A DNA stretch of 64,000 nt from Balanoglossus misakiensis. Lineage: Eukaryota > Animalia > Hemichordata. This document shows, piece after piece, positions 47,676 through 60,352 of this stretch. Location: contig CM082596.2 in the NCBI GenBank assembly GCA_040954595.2, positions 3,775,025-3,839,024 of the forward strand. The letters run 5' to 3'. The notes beneath the pieces were generated by a model, which had not been told where the DNA came from, made no database searches, and saw only the letters and a program-made list of their open reading frames with translations. Position numbers and translations under genes: made by a program. Within the stretch, counting starts at the first letter, position 1. The number at the start of each line of letters is the position of its first letter.

Positions 47676-50600
47676 TTAGGTTGCCATGTCATAAAAGTTC
47701 TCGGTTTCCTGAGATTCCGTGCCATTCCGTAGACTGCTTTCCATTCCGGACAGTTCGTCCAGATCCGGGACTTTTCCACCGAGAGAAGGGAGATTTCCAC
47801 TGTTTCGGGTCTTCAGTTCCGGCAGGGATGATTTTGAAGACAGCGATGTGAGGCCTGTTGACGGGTTAGAAATACAAATATACCGTTAATTTGTCATCGT
47901 TAAGAAAATACACAGCAAATTCTCAAAATGACATTTGCAACCCTTTCATCCCCATATTCCTGTATAGAGTTCCAGTGCTGCCACTGAGAACAATGGAGTT
48001 TGACAAAACCATGGCGATGAAAGGGTGGATGGTGGGGGTCATTCCCCCCTCACTGTAGCATACTTGACGAAAGACACAGCATCAAAGAACTAATATGAAA
48101 CACCACCTTTACCTGAACTGAGTTTGTTTGTCAGTGGGGGCAATGAGGATGAGCTCTTGGCAGCCAATGGCGGCAGTTCTCCCAAGGGCCCCGACAGACC
48201 CGGATCTGGAGTGGGTGGAATCGCGGATGGCGGTGGAGCGGCTGGTGACTCGGTGATCGGTTTGAGTCGCGGCGTCATGCCCATGTCGCGGGGAGATTCA
48301 AGGGGTGGGGGCGCTGCAACCTGGGTGTTGCTTTGTCTGGGTGGAATGTGCAGTTTGGGAGTGAAGTCTGGTTCTGAAATGACAGAAAATAAATCATAGT
48401 GAATAACAGTTTACAGGTGTTGTGATTGGGAAATTCTATGCCAGATTCAATTCCTGTCTCATACTAGAAATTTTTGGATGATTGAGTGCATGTCTAGGTA
48501 TAGTAAGCAGAAAGAAATCTTGAGTTGAAATCAAACCACACAATCTTGGTGAGCCAGCGCTGCATGTAAGCCTGTTGGACTGAGCTTCCGGATTCTGGTA
48601 GTCAGACTGACGACTATAATCATCACAAGAAAACTCAAGCTTCAAGCAAATTCAACTTACCGTCAGGCATTCCCTCGATGTTAAGTTTCCCACCTTTGCT
48701 GAGCCGATCGCACAGCAACGCGATGTGCTTCTTGAGTTTGGTTGTTTCTCTTGGCAACTGCAATGGTGCTGGATTGATCGTTTGGTCCTTGGCGGTCTTC
48801 GCCAGACAAGTTCTCAGCAGATGAGTGACAGCTGAGTCTGTTGCCTCTTCCCAACCCTATCAGAAATAATGAGACGTTTTAACCCTTTCAACATTATGGT
48901 TTGGTCCAATCTATTGTTGTCTACAGTAAAGTTGGGTCTCTTCACAGTGAAAATAGGGTGGTCACCATCTTCTTTTCATGAAAATCACTAGTTTAATATT
49001 TGTCCATATAGAGTTCACACAGAGATTGGCGGCCATTTTGGATTTCGAATTTGAGACAATTTTGCTCTCCCATTCAAAATTAATCAGTCATATCTACTGG
49101 CTATTTTCTCACATCTCTGAAGTGGAAACATCACCAACCTGTTGTCCATCGACGGTGACATTGGGTGACAGTGCAGATTCCAGCACTTTGGATTCCTTGG
49201 CACTCAGATCATGAGCAAGTGAAATCAGCTTGGTGATTATCTTGGTGGCCGAGCTCAGACTCACACTGCAAGTTACAAGTTTCTGTCTGTTCTCCTCTAT
49301 AGCCTCTGCCAGTGCCAAAATCTACATTTGGAATAAAATGCAACATTTGAAATTGACTTTGAGGTCAGGATTTCATGCACTGATCTACTGACATTGTATT
49401 CATCGATACCATCTTACCTGTCTGTATGTGCCGTCTAATAATGTATCCAAGTTCTGCAGAGGCGCTGGTGTCTTGTCTTTGAATCTTGTCAACAGTCTTC
49501 TCTGGATGGCTCGGAATTGTTGCGCTCTCTGTGCAAGTAGCTCTTTGTACCTCTCTGCGTTCATTCGCAGCTGAAATGGAAGACAGAGTTGCATTGAACT
49601 TGTTAAAGGTCATCATGTTGACTCGGCTTGCTTAAGACTGCAGTGCAGAGTGCTACATTTAATATTTACTTGTCATCATTCCGTCAAACACACCAGAAAC
49701 TAAAAGGTGAATACCAAGTACACCTGCAAACTATTTTTCTCACTTACTTCATAGTGTATATCAATGATGTCGAAGTATTCCTGTAGTGGCATGGCCCCTT
49801 GAAATGAGCACTTGAAACCCGATACACCTATACTCTTGTGGTAGGCATGGAGACGGTCTATCATCGCTTTGACAACCAGCCACATGGCTTCCAGCACGTC
49901 ACTCTGTAATCTGTAACGTTCTGAAAGGCAAACAGAGAACAACCTTAAATCTCATGAAGGGAAAGGAGAGGCATTACTTCCAACTTGTGAAATCAAAAGC
50001 AGAAAAACTTATGAATGTTCTATCTCGCTCGGTAGTTTGAACTTACGGGATGTCTTTGATGCAAGTACGGTGACCTTGGGTCCACAGAACAACTGAAAGC
50101 CAAGAGCATTGCCTGGCCCACCGGCATTCTCACCCAGAAGTTCTTGAAGGGGGAAAAAGAAATTGTACTTGAGAAATCAATTCATGAAAATATCTGTCAT
50201 TAAACCTTTGTCCTTGTAACGAAATCAGGTGAGTAGACAAAGGAGCCATGATTAATTTGTGGGTTGTGTCTATTTTCCCACCTACCTGGGAATATATCAT
50301 TCAAGTTGACAGGGGGCTTGTTGGTGTCAATGGTTATCTTGTGTGTGGCATTCTTCACTGGAAGGCACGGCCTGTACACCAGCTGCAAGGGGAGGTCAAA
50401 CCTGGTCTGTGCTATCCTTGGTGCCCCTGTTAAAAATCAACCAGTAGGTAGTGCTGTGAGATTGCTAGCATTGAGAACACATGCTGTACTTCCAAACTAC
50501 GATTAACACATACTGTCTGCTTTCAGATACAAGAATCTGGCTGCTTCGTTGAAAAAGCTCTCACCTGACGGAGTTGAGTAAGTAGCTGAAGCCTCTGCAG

Positions 50601-53600
50601 TTAATGACGATGGAATGCAATTTCCTCTCTGGAAAAATGACACCAAGGGTTGTGACGGATTGGACATGTCGCCTGAAACAGGAAAGCGAGAATATTCATA
50701 TGTTACCGCCACTATTTTCATTAAGCTACTAGTATGACAAAATCAATGGTACATGGAAAAGCAGAGGACAATAGTTGCTCGGTTACCCACCTATCATAGC
50801 ATATGTAAATGTATCTTGATTGACAGCAATGGGGAATGGTGAGAAGACAGACAGCCTGACATTCTGCAGGGCAAGTTTACTCTTCAACGTGACCTGTAGA
50901 CAAACAAATAAACAACACATGGTTAACACCAATTTAAATGACTAATTTATCATAGCAAAACCACGTTATTGATTACCTTACTCGCTGGCAATCTCAATGT
51001 AATCCTATGGGAAGAGACACATGCGTACAAGTACGCACAGGGAAACAGGTAAATCCACTTACTTTCACAGTAATTGATGGGATAGAATCCTCCTCATCTA
51101 CCTCCACATTATTTGCTTGCTGAAATGAAAACCAGGCAGAAATTATACTAAACACGGTTTATTTTATTCCAAGAAAGCATTACCTGTAGGTTAGTCGCAT
51201 TATTACCTTCCAAGATTTTAACTGTCGAGGTACATACTACCTTAAAGTTAACCCATGATGTGATACAATATATGATGTGATTCCAAATCACCATTTAGTA
51301 TGTTGATTTGAGTGATGTGTGTATGGTGCAGTTGGAATGGCTATGTATTAATAATATGCCAACAAGCCAAAATCATGTGGTCAAAGAATTCTGTTCTGTA
51401 ATGGCTATGCAATCACAGCCTCTCCACACACTGACAAATATCTGTGTTTCAAGATCAGGATGCATGTTCTGCGATACCAGGTTCGTTGCTTAAACTGCCC
51501 TTTGCAAACACCAAATAGTCTATCATACACAAAGGAGCAGCAACACCTCAACACTGCAGTAAAGATTGCAGTTGCAGCACAACACAAATGGCCAACCACA
51601 TAAGGTAACTGCTGCATCACACTGAAGCGTGTATTTTGGGCTTGCAAGCATGACATCGACAACATCACGCAATTTGGCGAGTGACAGTGATCACAAAGGC
51701 ATAGTAAGGACGACGTAAAAAACATCACAAGGCATTACCCCACTGCTGCCATAAGGAGATAGGGATGTGGGCCTTCCAAGATTGGATAACAGGTCCACAC
51801 TGAATTCTAAGGGAACGTCCTGTTGGTATGAACATAGGTGACAGGGTGACAGAAATACGAACATGCACTGTCATGCAAACAACACAAAACACACATGTGG
51901 GAGAGCTTTCATGCAAGGGTAGTACACAGACAGGGCAGTGTGTCATGCAAGGGGGGGGGGGGGGCTCTCATTTTTGTTGTTGAGTTGAGTTGACCCAGAT
52001 GTGGGCAACACGTCATGCATCTCTTCATGCAGATTACACACACTCAAATGACAGGACAAAAGTGCCAAACATGTACATACATACATACACTCAGACAAGA
52101 CAGTCTTATATCCTGACTGCATTTCAGAAAGAAACCACCAGTAATCTACCAAAAAATACACGTGTGGTTGGAACAGACCAGCAGTGATAAACAATTGACA
52201 GACCTATATATCGCATTTTGCACAACACCTTGAATCCTCCAACTGACCACACTGAATGCAATTTTTGCTTTTGTTTGTTAAAATACTGCACACACAAAAA
52301 ACCAAGCAGATTTGTGCAGTGTCTAAGCTCAATTGAAACACGGGTGTTGAAGATGGACACACCATCATAGAACTGCACACAAACCCAGCAAAGCTTAACT
52401 TCCAATTAATCCAAGTTAATTATTATTCACACGTGCACTGTGTCACAACCCAGTAAAGTTAGTAGCTGCAGTTGATAAATCATGCATCAGATGTAAAAAA
52501 AACATTGTTATTCCAACTCAAATTAGATCACTAGGGATCTTTACATGCTTGAAAAAATCCTCTTTCAATATCTTGGAATGTAAACATCAAAAGTCACCCA
52601 GACTTTCCTGTTTTAGTTGTTGTTAGTGCATTATAATAATGATTGGTCTGCAATGTCATTTATGTAGAACATTTGGATTGTAAGTATGAAAGCCTTAGCC
52701 ATGGATAGCAAATGGGTGACTTTTTATGTTTCTGAAATCTGCAATGAAATGGGGGAAAAAAGTGCAACACAGCACGCAAAAAAGATGGGCATCTATGTTA
52801 ACCTTTGACCTTACCCATGAATTATCAGGTGCAGAACAGTACTTGGAAACCTTCATAAAAAATAAAACAGAAGCTGTCATGCACAGAAGCGACTAGAAGC
52901 AGCAGCAGCACATGCATTGTGGGTATTCCTTTGCTCCTACGTGGGAATGTGGTAAAGCATCCACTGCATGGCATTTTGGGTGCAGTAGTAACAACCTGCG
53001 TTTGGGGTGAATCCTATTGCAAATGAAATTAGCAATTATGCAAGCTCAAGATGAAAAAGTCAAAAGTCTACAGTAAAAAAACAGGGAAAGATTGAGATTA
53101 CTTAAGTTGGGCACACAGTGGAATTAAATTTGGATTTTTTGCCCTATCAAAATGGACTGAAATGAAATGAATGTGATAATAACACAATGAACTCCAATCC
53201 CTTGAAACCAGCACCTTGATGATTTTATAAACCCCAGCAATGATGTCTCACTGGTGAATGTTCCTGACACCAAACGCTCTCACTTACCGAGGTATTATCG
53301 AGGTTTGGAGGTACTGATACCACTATCTCCAAATCATCAGCCTCTTTTCTCTTTGGTGCAATATCTAATAATGAGAAGAAAAAATGTAATAGAATTCATA
53401 GAGTTTAGGTTTTCCCAACTGTGTATATAACTGTTCATCTGACAGACACACACTATTCAGACAACAGTCAGAAACTACAAATCTTTATAGTTGACAACAC
53501 AGAGCATACACTTCTCATGTTCTCAAATTTCGATAAGCATGCACTGCATGTCATATCATGAACATTCTTGTTGGAAACTCACCGACTCCTTTAGCCGACG

Positions 53601-56180
53601 CTTCTTTAATGGAACGTTGCAGATCTCTCATCTCGATGTCTAACTCATTGTAGTTTATTTCTCTAGATTCCGGGGCTGGGGTGACAAACAGCGAGGGATC
53701 CGTTCCGAGGTAGCAGCAATTCACGTGACCTCTTTCACTCAGTGTTGTAGTCACTCCCTTTAAATCTCTGTGGGATGAACACAAACACAGATGAGTGGTG
53801 ATGAAAACATGTTCTGCACATGTGACAAGGGTAGTGCCCTGCTTTGACCAACCCCCCTCCCCCTTGAATTAATGCAGTGATGCCTTTTTATGATAGTGAT
53901 GGATCTTCTAATGTAATCACCTATCAATGTGCCATACATAATTATCAGCAAATGAAATAAATCCCTTCATATGATGATCAACAGACAAGATTGTCGCAAT
54001 CGCAAACTTTGAGTTTATGATTCTGTAAACACCACTGTACTTACTGAAAGTTCCCCACTTTAATAGAAACCGGTACATGTTCCAGTGTTGCAGCCCATTT
54101 CAATGTCAGATCTTCATATACAAGCAATGCCTTGGTATGTGTACAGATTATTGTCATGATACATCCTTCATTTACTACAAAATAAAATAACGAGAAATAT
54201 ATATTTGTTACGTTCCCATTCTCAACATTTAAAATGACTGACAAAATCGAGTCTGTTAAACTCACATCTGTCAAAACTGTTCTGTATTCACAGAAAATGT
54301 TCATAATAAATTTGTAGAAAGTTTTGTGAATGTAACATCCCAAAGAGATAAGAAATTTAAACTCACTAGATGTATACGGTAGAAAACAACTTGGATTATA
54401 GTCTAGTTTCTTCATATACCGCAGTGAAGCATTTTCCTTAAGTACAAATAGATTTCTTTCACCTGTTAAAAAGAAAAATGTTAGTCAGATACAATAATAA
54501 CTATACTGGTACTAGCAGTTTTTATTATGGAAAATCATCCGGGACTGGTGCTGGGTCAAACTTGTCCATGTTCATTGATTATGGTCTGCTGAATTAATAC
54601 CAATGTCTTTTCATAGTCAACATATTCGGCTGAACCCCATCCACACTTAAAGTTTACTTACCTAAAATTAGAATTGAAGGTGGTGCATTGACGAAGTTGA
54701 CGACTGCAATGTCTAGAGCTTGTTCACCAAGATTAAAACTACCGTCCATCTACAAATAAGACAGAACAGTTCAAATTAAGAATTTTGTCAGAAGACCATT
54801 TTACATCCTCTGTAAAAATGATGGAAACCTTGTGTTACAGCTGAAGTGCAAAGCTTCAAATTTTAACTTTCAACTTCAATCAGATTACAGAAATGTTGAC
54901 TCCAAAACAAAGACTGCTTACACTTATTTTCTTTCCTTTGGAAATCTTCTGTGACTCCTCCTTGGCATCAGAGTCAGTGGCCACGGCTAGTACTTGGTAT
55001 TTGTACAACTCGACCAGGCGACTGGACGACACGGTCACAAAGGAGTCCGTTCTCTGGATGTACTTCAGAGGGCCCGGTATGAGGAACCCCGGCAAGAAGC
55101 GACTGAAGGCAAAGCTCTCTTGCTCAAAGACAGACACAGCGCCATCCATACTTTGCACGCAGATGAAATCTTTACCTGTAAGCATGTGGCAAAAAGTATA
55201 GGACTGGTTAGACAGTCAGAATGCTTATATATTGTACACTTAATGCAGGTCAATGCAGATGTACTGTAAGAACTGTTCAGCCGAGAGATACAAAAGACAT
55301 GTATTATAACTCTGAGTATATGTATTCACTGACCTTTGACCCCTCCAAATGGTCCATATGTCATGTTGTATGAAGTTCTCTGTAAATTGTGCTCGTATAT
55401 AAAATTGAGTTGATACTGGCTACCATGTTCCACAGCACCGGTTAAAGCTAAGAAAAAAAGCGAAAATACACAGAGATCTTGAGTATTGATAAGACATCAA
55501 TGTAATCTTAAGTTTGGTCCACTCACATTGCACTAAGAAACCATGGTTGAAGAAATGAAATATTTGGAAATGGCAAAAAGTTAACTCACCTCCAATACTG
55601 TAGACTACTAATTTTCTTGGATGCAGAATAGCAAGGTGTATATTTTCATTTGCACTTGAGAAAAAAAAGAAATGTTCCACTGTTAATTACTTACACACAT
55701 TTTACAATACTGTTTGTGTATGTGTGAATCCTTATCTACTGGTGATATATTCAAACACAAAACATTACTTACGATACAAATCTTCCAGCTTCTATCTGGA
55801 GAATTGGATACTGTAGCTGAGTTTCCAACATGACATCCTTTGGTCTAGAACCTTCTTTACTATGATCCGGTTGAAAAATTCTCAAGAAACCATGGTAACT
55901 CCCAACAATGACTTTATCTGAAATGAACAAATCATTAAACTCTCTTAAGAAATGACACAGCAATAATTGTAAGGTGACCTGCCAGATTGCCTTTAATGAC
56001 TTCTTAACTATCTTACAAAACATGTAAGCTTGTATTTTTTCAGTTACAAATGACTACCAGTAACCTACCTAGTCCACTTGCACTGTTATCAATATTGGCC
56101 ACACACAGACACCCTTGGTCGTATTCTTCATCAGCTCCTGCATTGGTGTACCACCAGTCACGCGCCTTGAACAAGGACAT
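47676..56180 (-). CDS. BBS9: Bardet-Biedl syndrome 9 protein (PTHB1), BBSome core subunit, >20 exons
   Basis: N-terminus MSLFKARDWW...EEYDQGCLCVANIDNS; then DFICVQSMDG, FEQESFAFSRFLPGFLIPGPL, YLGTDPSLF, RYRLQSD, QFRAIQRRLLTRFKDKTPAPL, GWEEATDSAVTHLLRTCLAK. A Pro-rich tail ends in TAA at 47678-47676. Confidence 0.97.
47939..48026. mobile_element. ~90-bp MITE-like element (same family) in the last BBS9 intron
   Basis: AACCCTTTCATC ... AACCATGGCGATGAAAGGGT. Confidence 0.72.
48881..48960. mobile_element. MITE-like element (same family), degenerate
   Basis: TTTAACCCTTTCAAC...ATGGTTTGGTCCAAT.TATTGTT...GTAAAGTTGG aligns with the 60262 copy. Confidence 0.65.
51739..51819 (-). CDS. Candidate 81-nt alternative cassette exon of BBS9
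   Basis: CCAACAG|...|GTAATG boundaries, 27 open codons (DVPLEFSVDLLSNLGRPTSLSPYGSSG), phase 0/0 matching the host intron. Confidence 0.55.
52815..52850 (-). CDS. Candidate 36-nt alternative exon of BBS9
   Basis: TTTTATGAAG|...|GTAAGG boundaries, encodes VSKYCSAPDNSW, phase 0/0. Confidence 0.5.
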
Positions 56181-56721
56181 GGTTGTACTCGGACGTGAAT
56201 GAGACTTGTGTTAACAAAAATTTAGCTCAGGAATTCACCCTCTGTGAAACAAACATAAGTGAAGGAATGCTTAGTTTGAATCTATTTTAATTGACAGGGA
56301 AAAATTCAAGTCAGTATACCCTATACATGTATAATGATAAAATCTGATTATTTGTTTACTTTTCTGTATAATCAAATCATACTGTTGAACTTGAGGAGCA
56401 GTCCCACACACACACACCCTACCCCCCCCCAGTAATGGACACTCACAGAAAACAAGTATACATGTAATATGTGGGAAATGGTGTATACCAATGGGTAGCT
56501 AGCCCTGTTAAGTGGTCTGAATATAGGGTTTTAATAGGTAATCAACACCTGACACCTGTGTCAGTTTCACATTAAGAATTCTGTACGGTACACAGTACAC
56601 CATTAACCCATCAGCAAGAAAATCTCCACCGGGTTTATGTCATCACCACATCCTCCCTGACTTGCACACACTGGGGTTGTGTAATAATATGCATGCACGT
56701 TGTTAGTCACGGAATGTGTCT

Positions 56722-56735
56722 ATTGCCACGGAAAC
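56722..56735. promoter_or_regulatory. RFX X-box-like motif ATTGCCACGGAAAC near the BBS9 5' end
   Basis: Close to the X-box palindrome GTTGCCATGGCAAC, and BBS genes are established RFX targets. Confidence 0.45.
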
Positions 56736-57160
56736 TGCATCATGTTTCCAACGCCATCAAGGGCTGGAGAAAGTCTACATGTCACAAATCCTACCTGTAA
56801 AACCACTGATCAATGCTATGATCTACGACATTCTTGCTCGTATAGAGTCTTTATGATATGGTTATTCTTGTAGCGTTGTCAAATACTTGTTCGTATGACA
56901 GAGATCGGATATACACAATATTATTTTCTATAATCCCCGTAATATTTTCCTTCCCGCTGAAGTATTTTCGTCTTGCGCATGTGTAGTAAAACTTACTCAG
57001 AACTCTGGGAAACACGACAATCTCGCGAACCACGCGAGTTCATTACTGCGAGAGACCACGCGAGTTTCATTCATTGGTTTAGCCGCGCACCCCCGCGCAC
57101 CCGGAAACTTCATCACATACTAGTAGATTAGCCGGTAAATTGTCAAATAAAACATATTTC

Positions 57161-59989
57161 ATGTGGCGGCCAATAGCGGTTGGAATTTCAGTTGGCGCTG
57201 CTGCAGTTGGATTTATTGCAGTAAGTTACATTTATGCCAAAGGACGGGAAAAGAAACTGACCAAGATTGTCAATATCAATATGGTAAGTGTCTGTGCACC
57301 CCCCGGGATGTGTACATGTCCAGGTGCATGTCCAGGTGTGACTGTCTGACCCAGAGACGCGTGGTACACACGATCTGCATCCATATGTGATGTAAAATAA
57401 CACATCAGACATTTGACATATTGCATTTATCAGAGTTGTAGGGCAAAAAATGAATATATGTATTGCAATATACAATGGTATGTACATCATGTACGTTTCC
57501 ATGGGGGTGTTGCAGGACGTGGGGACAGCACCCCGCCCATCTAATTTAAATACAAATACAACGCAATTAATTATTAATGTTATAAACAAGCCGCTTCCGT
57601 GCCCACCATAACAACAGTGTTCATTACGTAACTCTGTTTTGAAACACCAGCTGATCAGTTTGAAAATTCACACAAAGGAGGAATAGCAGACCTAGCTACA
57701 CCTTGAACTTGTATTCCCTGAAAGAATTTTAACTCTCCCTTCAGTCAGGATGGCTTCCAAGTTTTTGAAAACTGTGAGTATTATTTGTAAACATTTGTAG
57801 GACTTCTCATTATAAAAAAATATTGATAAAAAAACATTTGAATTATCATGCAGATTTCAATATAGGGAATGTTTCTGTGCATCTTTGTTTTTCAGATGGC
57901 TGAATTTCAGCGACCGTGTGTACATGTGAAAAACCCTGACAAAGTGGAAGCTATTCTGAATCAATTAATATCTGGTGGTAAAGAGAAACTGCAGGTTAGT
58001 CCAGCCATGGAGGTACTAGTACCTCCATGGTCCAGCAATCCTGTTATTGTTATATAATGTAAATGAAGCTGTACAAGGCTTAAACAGGTCTGATACAGTG
58101 ATCATTATTACAGATATTGATTGTATTGTTAAAATAAGCTTATTCAAGAATTTTTATTATTCTTTAAAAGGTAATAACAGATTTTGACATGACACTAACA
58201 AGATTTTCATACAATGGAAAACGATGCCTGTCCTGCCATGGTAAGTATACAGCAAACTTAATTTAATATCATATGATATTAGTTGATATTTTTATAGAAA
58301 ATATAAAGAAAAGTCACTAAAGTGATGTAATGATTGAATAATGGCTTTAAATGGGCATAATGCCAGGTGTGGCATGTGTGAACATGCAGATGACACTTTT
58401 GTTTCTATTCAATTAAAACAACTTGTGACTTCAATATAAAGCTGATTTCTTTGTGTATTCCCTTTGAGGTCAGAAGTCATCAGTGCTATTATGTAACAAA
58501 GAAACAAATGATGGTTCAATCAATTAACTAAGTGTGAAATATTCTTAATTTGATATATGCAGCAGTATCTTTGTTATCAAGTCACACTGTCAATGATTGT
58601 AAGTTTCTCATAAGAAAGCTAAGCTTCATTTTCTTTTTTTCTTTTTCAATGGCAGGTATACTTGAAAGTAGTAAGCTTCTACCAGACTCGTATAGAAAAG
58701 AAGCTGGGGTTCTAAAGAATAAATATTATCCGATTGAAATTTGTCATGAAATGCCAGCAGAAGAAAAACGACGGTATATGATTGAATGGTAAGGCAATAT
58801 CTCAAGTGGCTGAAAATCATAATTTTTTCTGTTGAACGATTCCTGAAGGTGGTCATCAACCAGTGTCAAGAATCTAGTTACATGAGTTTGTTCAAAGATT
58901 CTTTTTGTTTATTTGTGATGCAGGTGGACAATATCTCACTCACTACTGGCCAGCTGTACCCTTAACAAGAGTGATATCAGTGAAATGGTGCGGGAGTCTA
59001 GTGCTATGTTGAGGTAAACATAATTTTATACATTCAATGGTGTTATGTCATGTATCTTCGTATTTTGTGTGTAGTAAATGTATCCTGTGTGTATCATATG
59101 TATTGTATCTGTTGTGTATTACATTTTAACATTTGTGCATATATATTAGTGGGCTACCATTTACAAAGAAGTTTGTTTTCTGATTTGTTTGCAGGGATGG
59201 TTGTGGTTCTTTTTTCTCTAATTTACACAAAAATGGCGTGCCGCTTCTCGTATTTTCTGCTGGAGTTGGCGATATCTTAGAAGAAATACTCGTTCAGAAT
59301 GGCCACAGTTTCGACAACATGCAAGTTGTTGCTAATTACATGGACTTTAATGAAGAGGTATTGGTCTGATAGTTGTATGGCATAGAGTAGAGTTACAAAA
59401 AAAACATGGCTGCCAGAATTGTTGAATTGAGTGTATTTCTTATTATTTTCTTTAACTGTATTGCAATTTTCACCTTTTCAGGATAAAATGATTGGCTTCA
59501 AAGGTCACATGATACACACATACAACAAGAACCCATCCGTGCTGCACAATACAGAGTACTTTGATAAAATACAGGACCGTAGCAACGTGATTCTGCTTGG
59601 AGACACGCTGGGCGACCTCTCAATGGCCGATGGTGTGAAGGATATGCAGGCATGTCTGAAAATAGGATTCCTTAATGATAAGGTAATTTGACTCACTTTA
59701 CAAAAAGGTCAAATGACGTCTTCATTTCAGCATGAAGGTACGAGCAGTGGCTTGTAGGTGCTGTGTCTTCTCTGTTGCAAAACAAGCTTCTTGAATAGAT
59801 AGGTAATAATCATTCTCCCTGCAAACATGGACATGAAATTAACATGATTGTTTTCTTACTGACAGTGTGATTTTTTTTCTCGTTCAGGTCAGCGAACGTC
59901 TAGAGAAATTCAAAGATAATTATGATATAGTTTTAGTTGAAGATATGACTATGGATATACCCAATGCCATACTTAAGAAGATACTTTAG
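57161..59989 (+). CDS. NT5C3: Cytosolic 5'-nucleotidase III (pyrimidine 5'-nucleotidase) with N-terminal hydrophobic anchor
   Basis: HAD motif I is [12 protein letters not shown]; also [44 protein letters not shown] and [13 protein letters not shown] lies at 59987-59989. Confidence 0.95.
58005..58030. repeat. Perfect 26-bp palindrome CCATGGAGGTACTAGTACCTCCATGG
   Basis: Exact self-complementary sequence about 10 nt into an NT5C3 intron. Confidence 0.95.
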
Positions 59990-60261
59990 ATTACTGTAGA
60001 TTCTAAACAAAACCTTACATGCTGCTTGGTGCTTCGAAGTACATCGCTCTCTGTGGCCAACTGTAAAGATTACTTCGTTTTAAAAGTACTTTTTGTAGAA
60101 AATTCATTTTATCTATCAAAACATTGTACTGGTTATAATTTTTTTTCACGACTTTTGTGATCATTTTATGAGCTGTAATACTGTGCTGAAATTATGCAAA
60201 TAATAAAAGACAATAAACATCAAAAGATGCAATACATTGGTTGTTTGTCTTTGACATTTAC

Positions 60262-60352
60262 AACCCTGTCACCACCATGGTTTGGCCCAAATCCATTGTT
60301 TTCTATGGTAAAGTTGGACCTCTGTAGAGGATACTGGGGGTGAAAGGGTTAA
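60262..60352. mobile_element. ~90-bp MITE-like element (best-preserved copy)
   Basis: AACCCTGTCACCACCATGGTTTGG...GGGGGTGAAAGGGTTAA. Confidence 0.8.

Noticed and set aside
50977-51004. Possible microexon in a short BBS9 intron (DYIEIASE)
   Set aside because: It is either frame-shifting (23 nt) or stop-containing, and it would leave only about 58 nt of upstream intron. It could be a poison exon but is unsupported.
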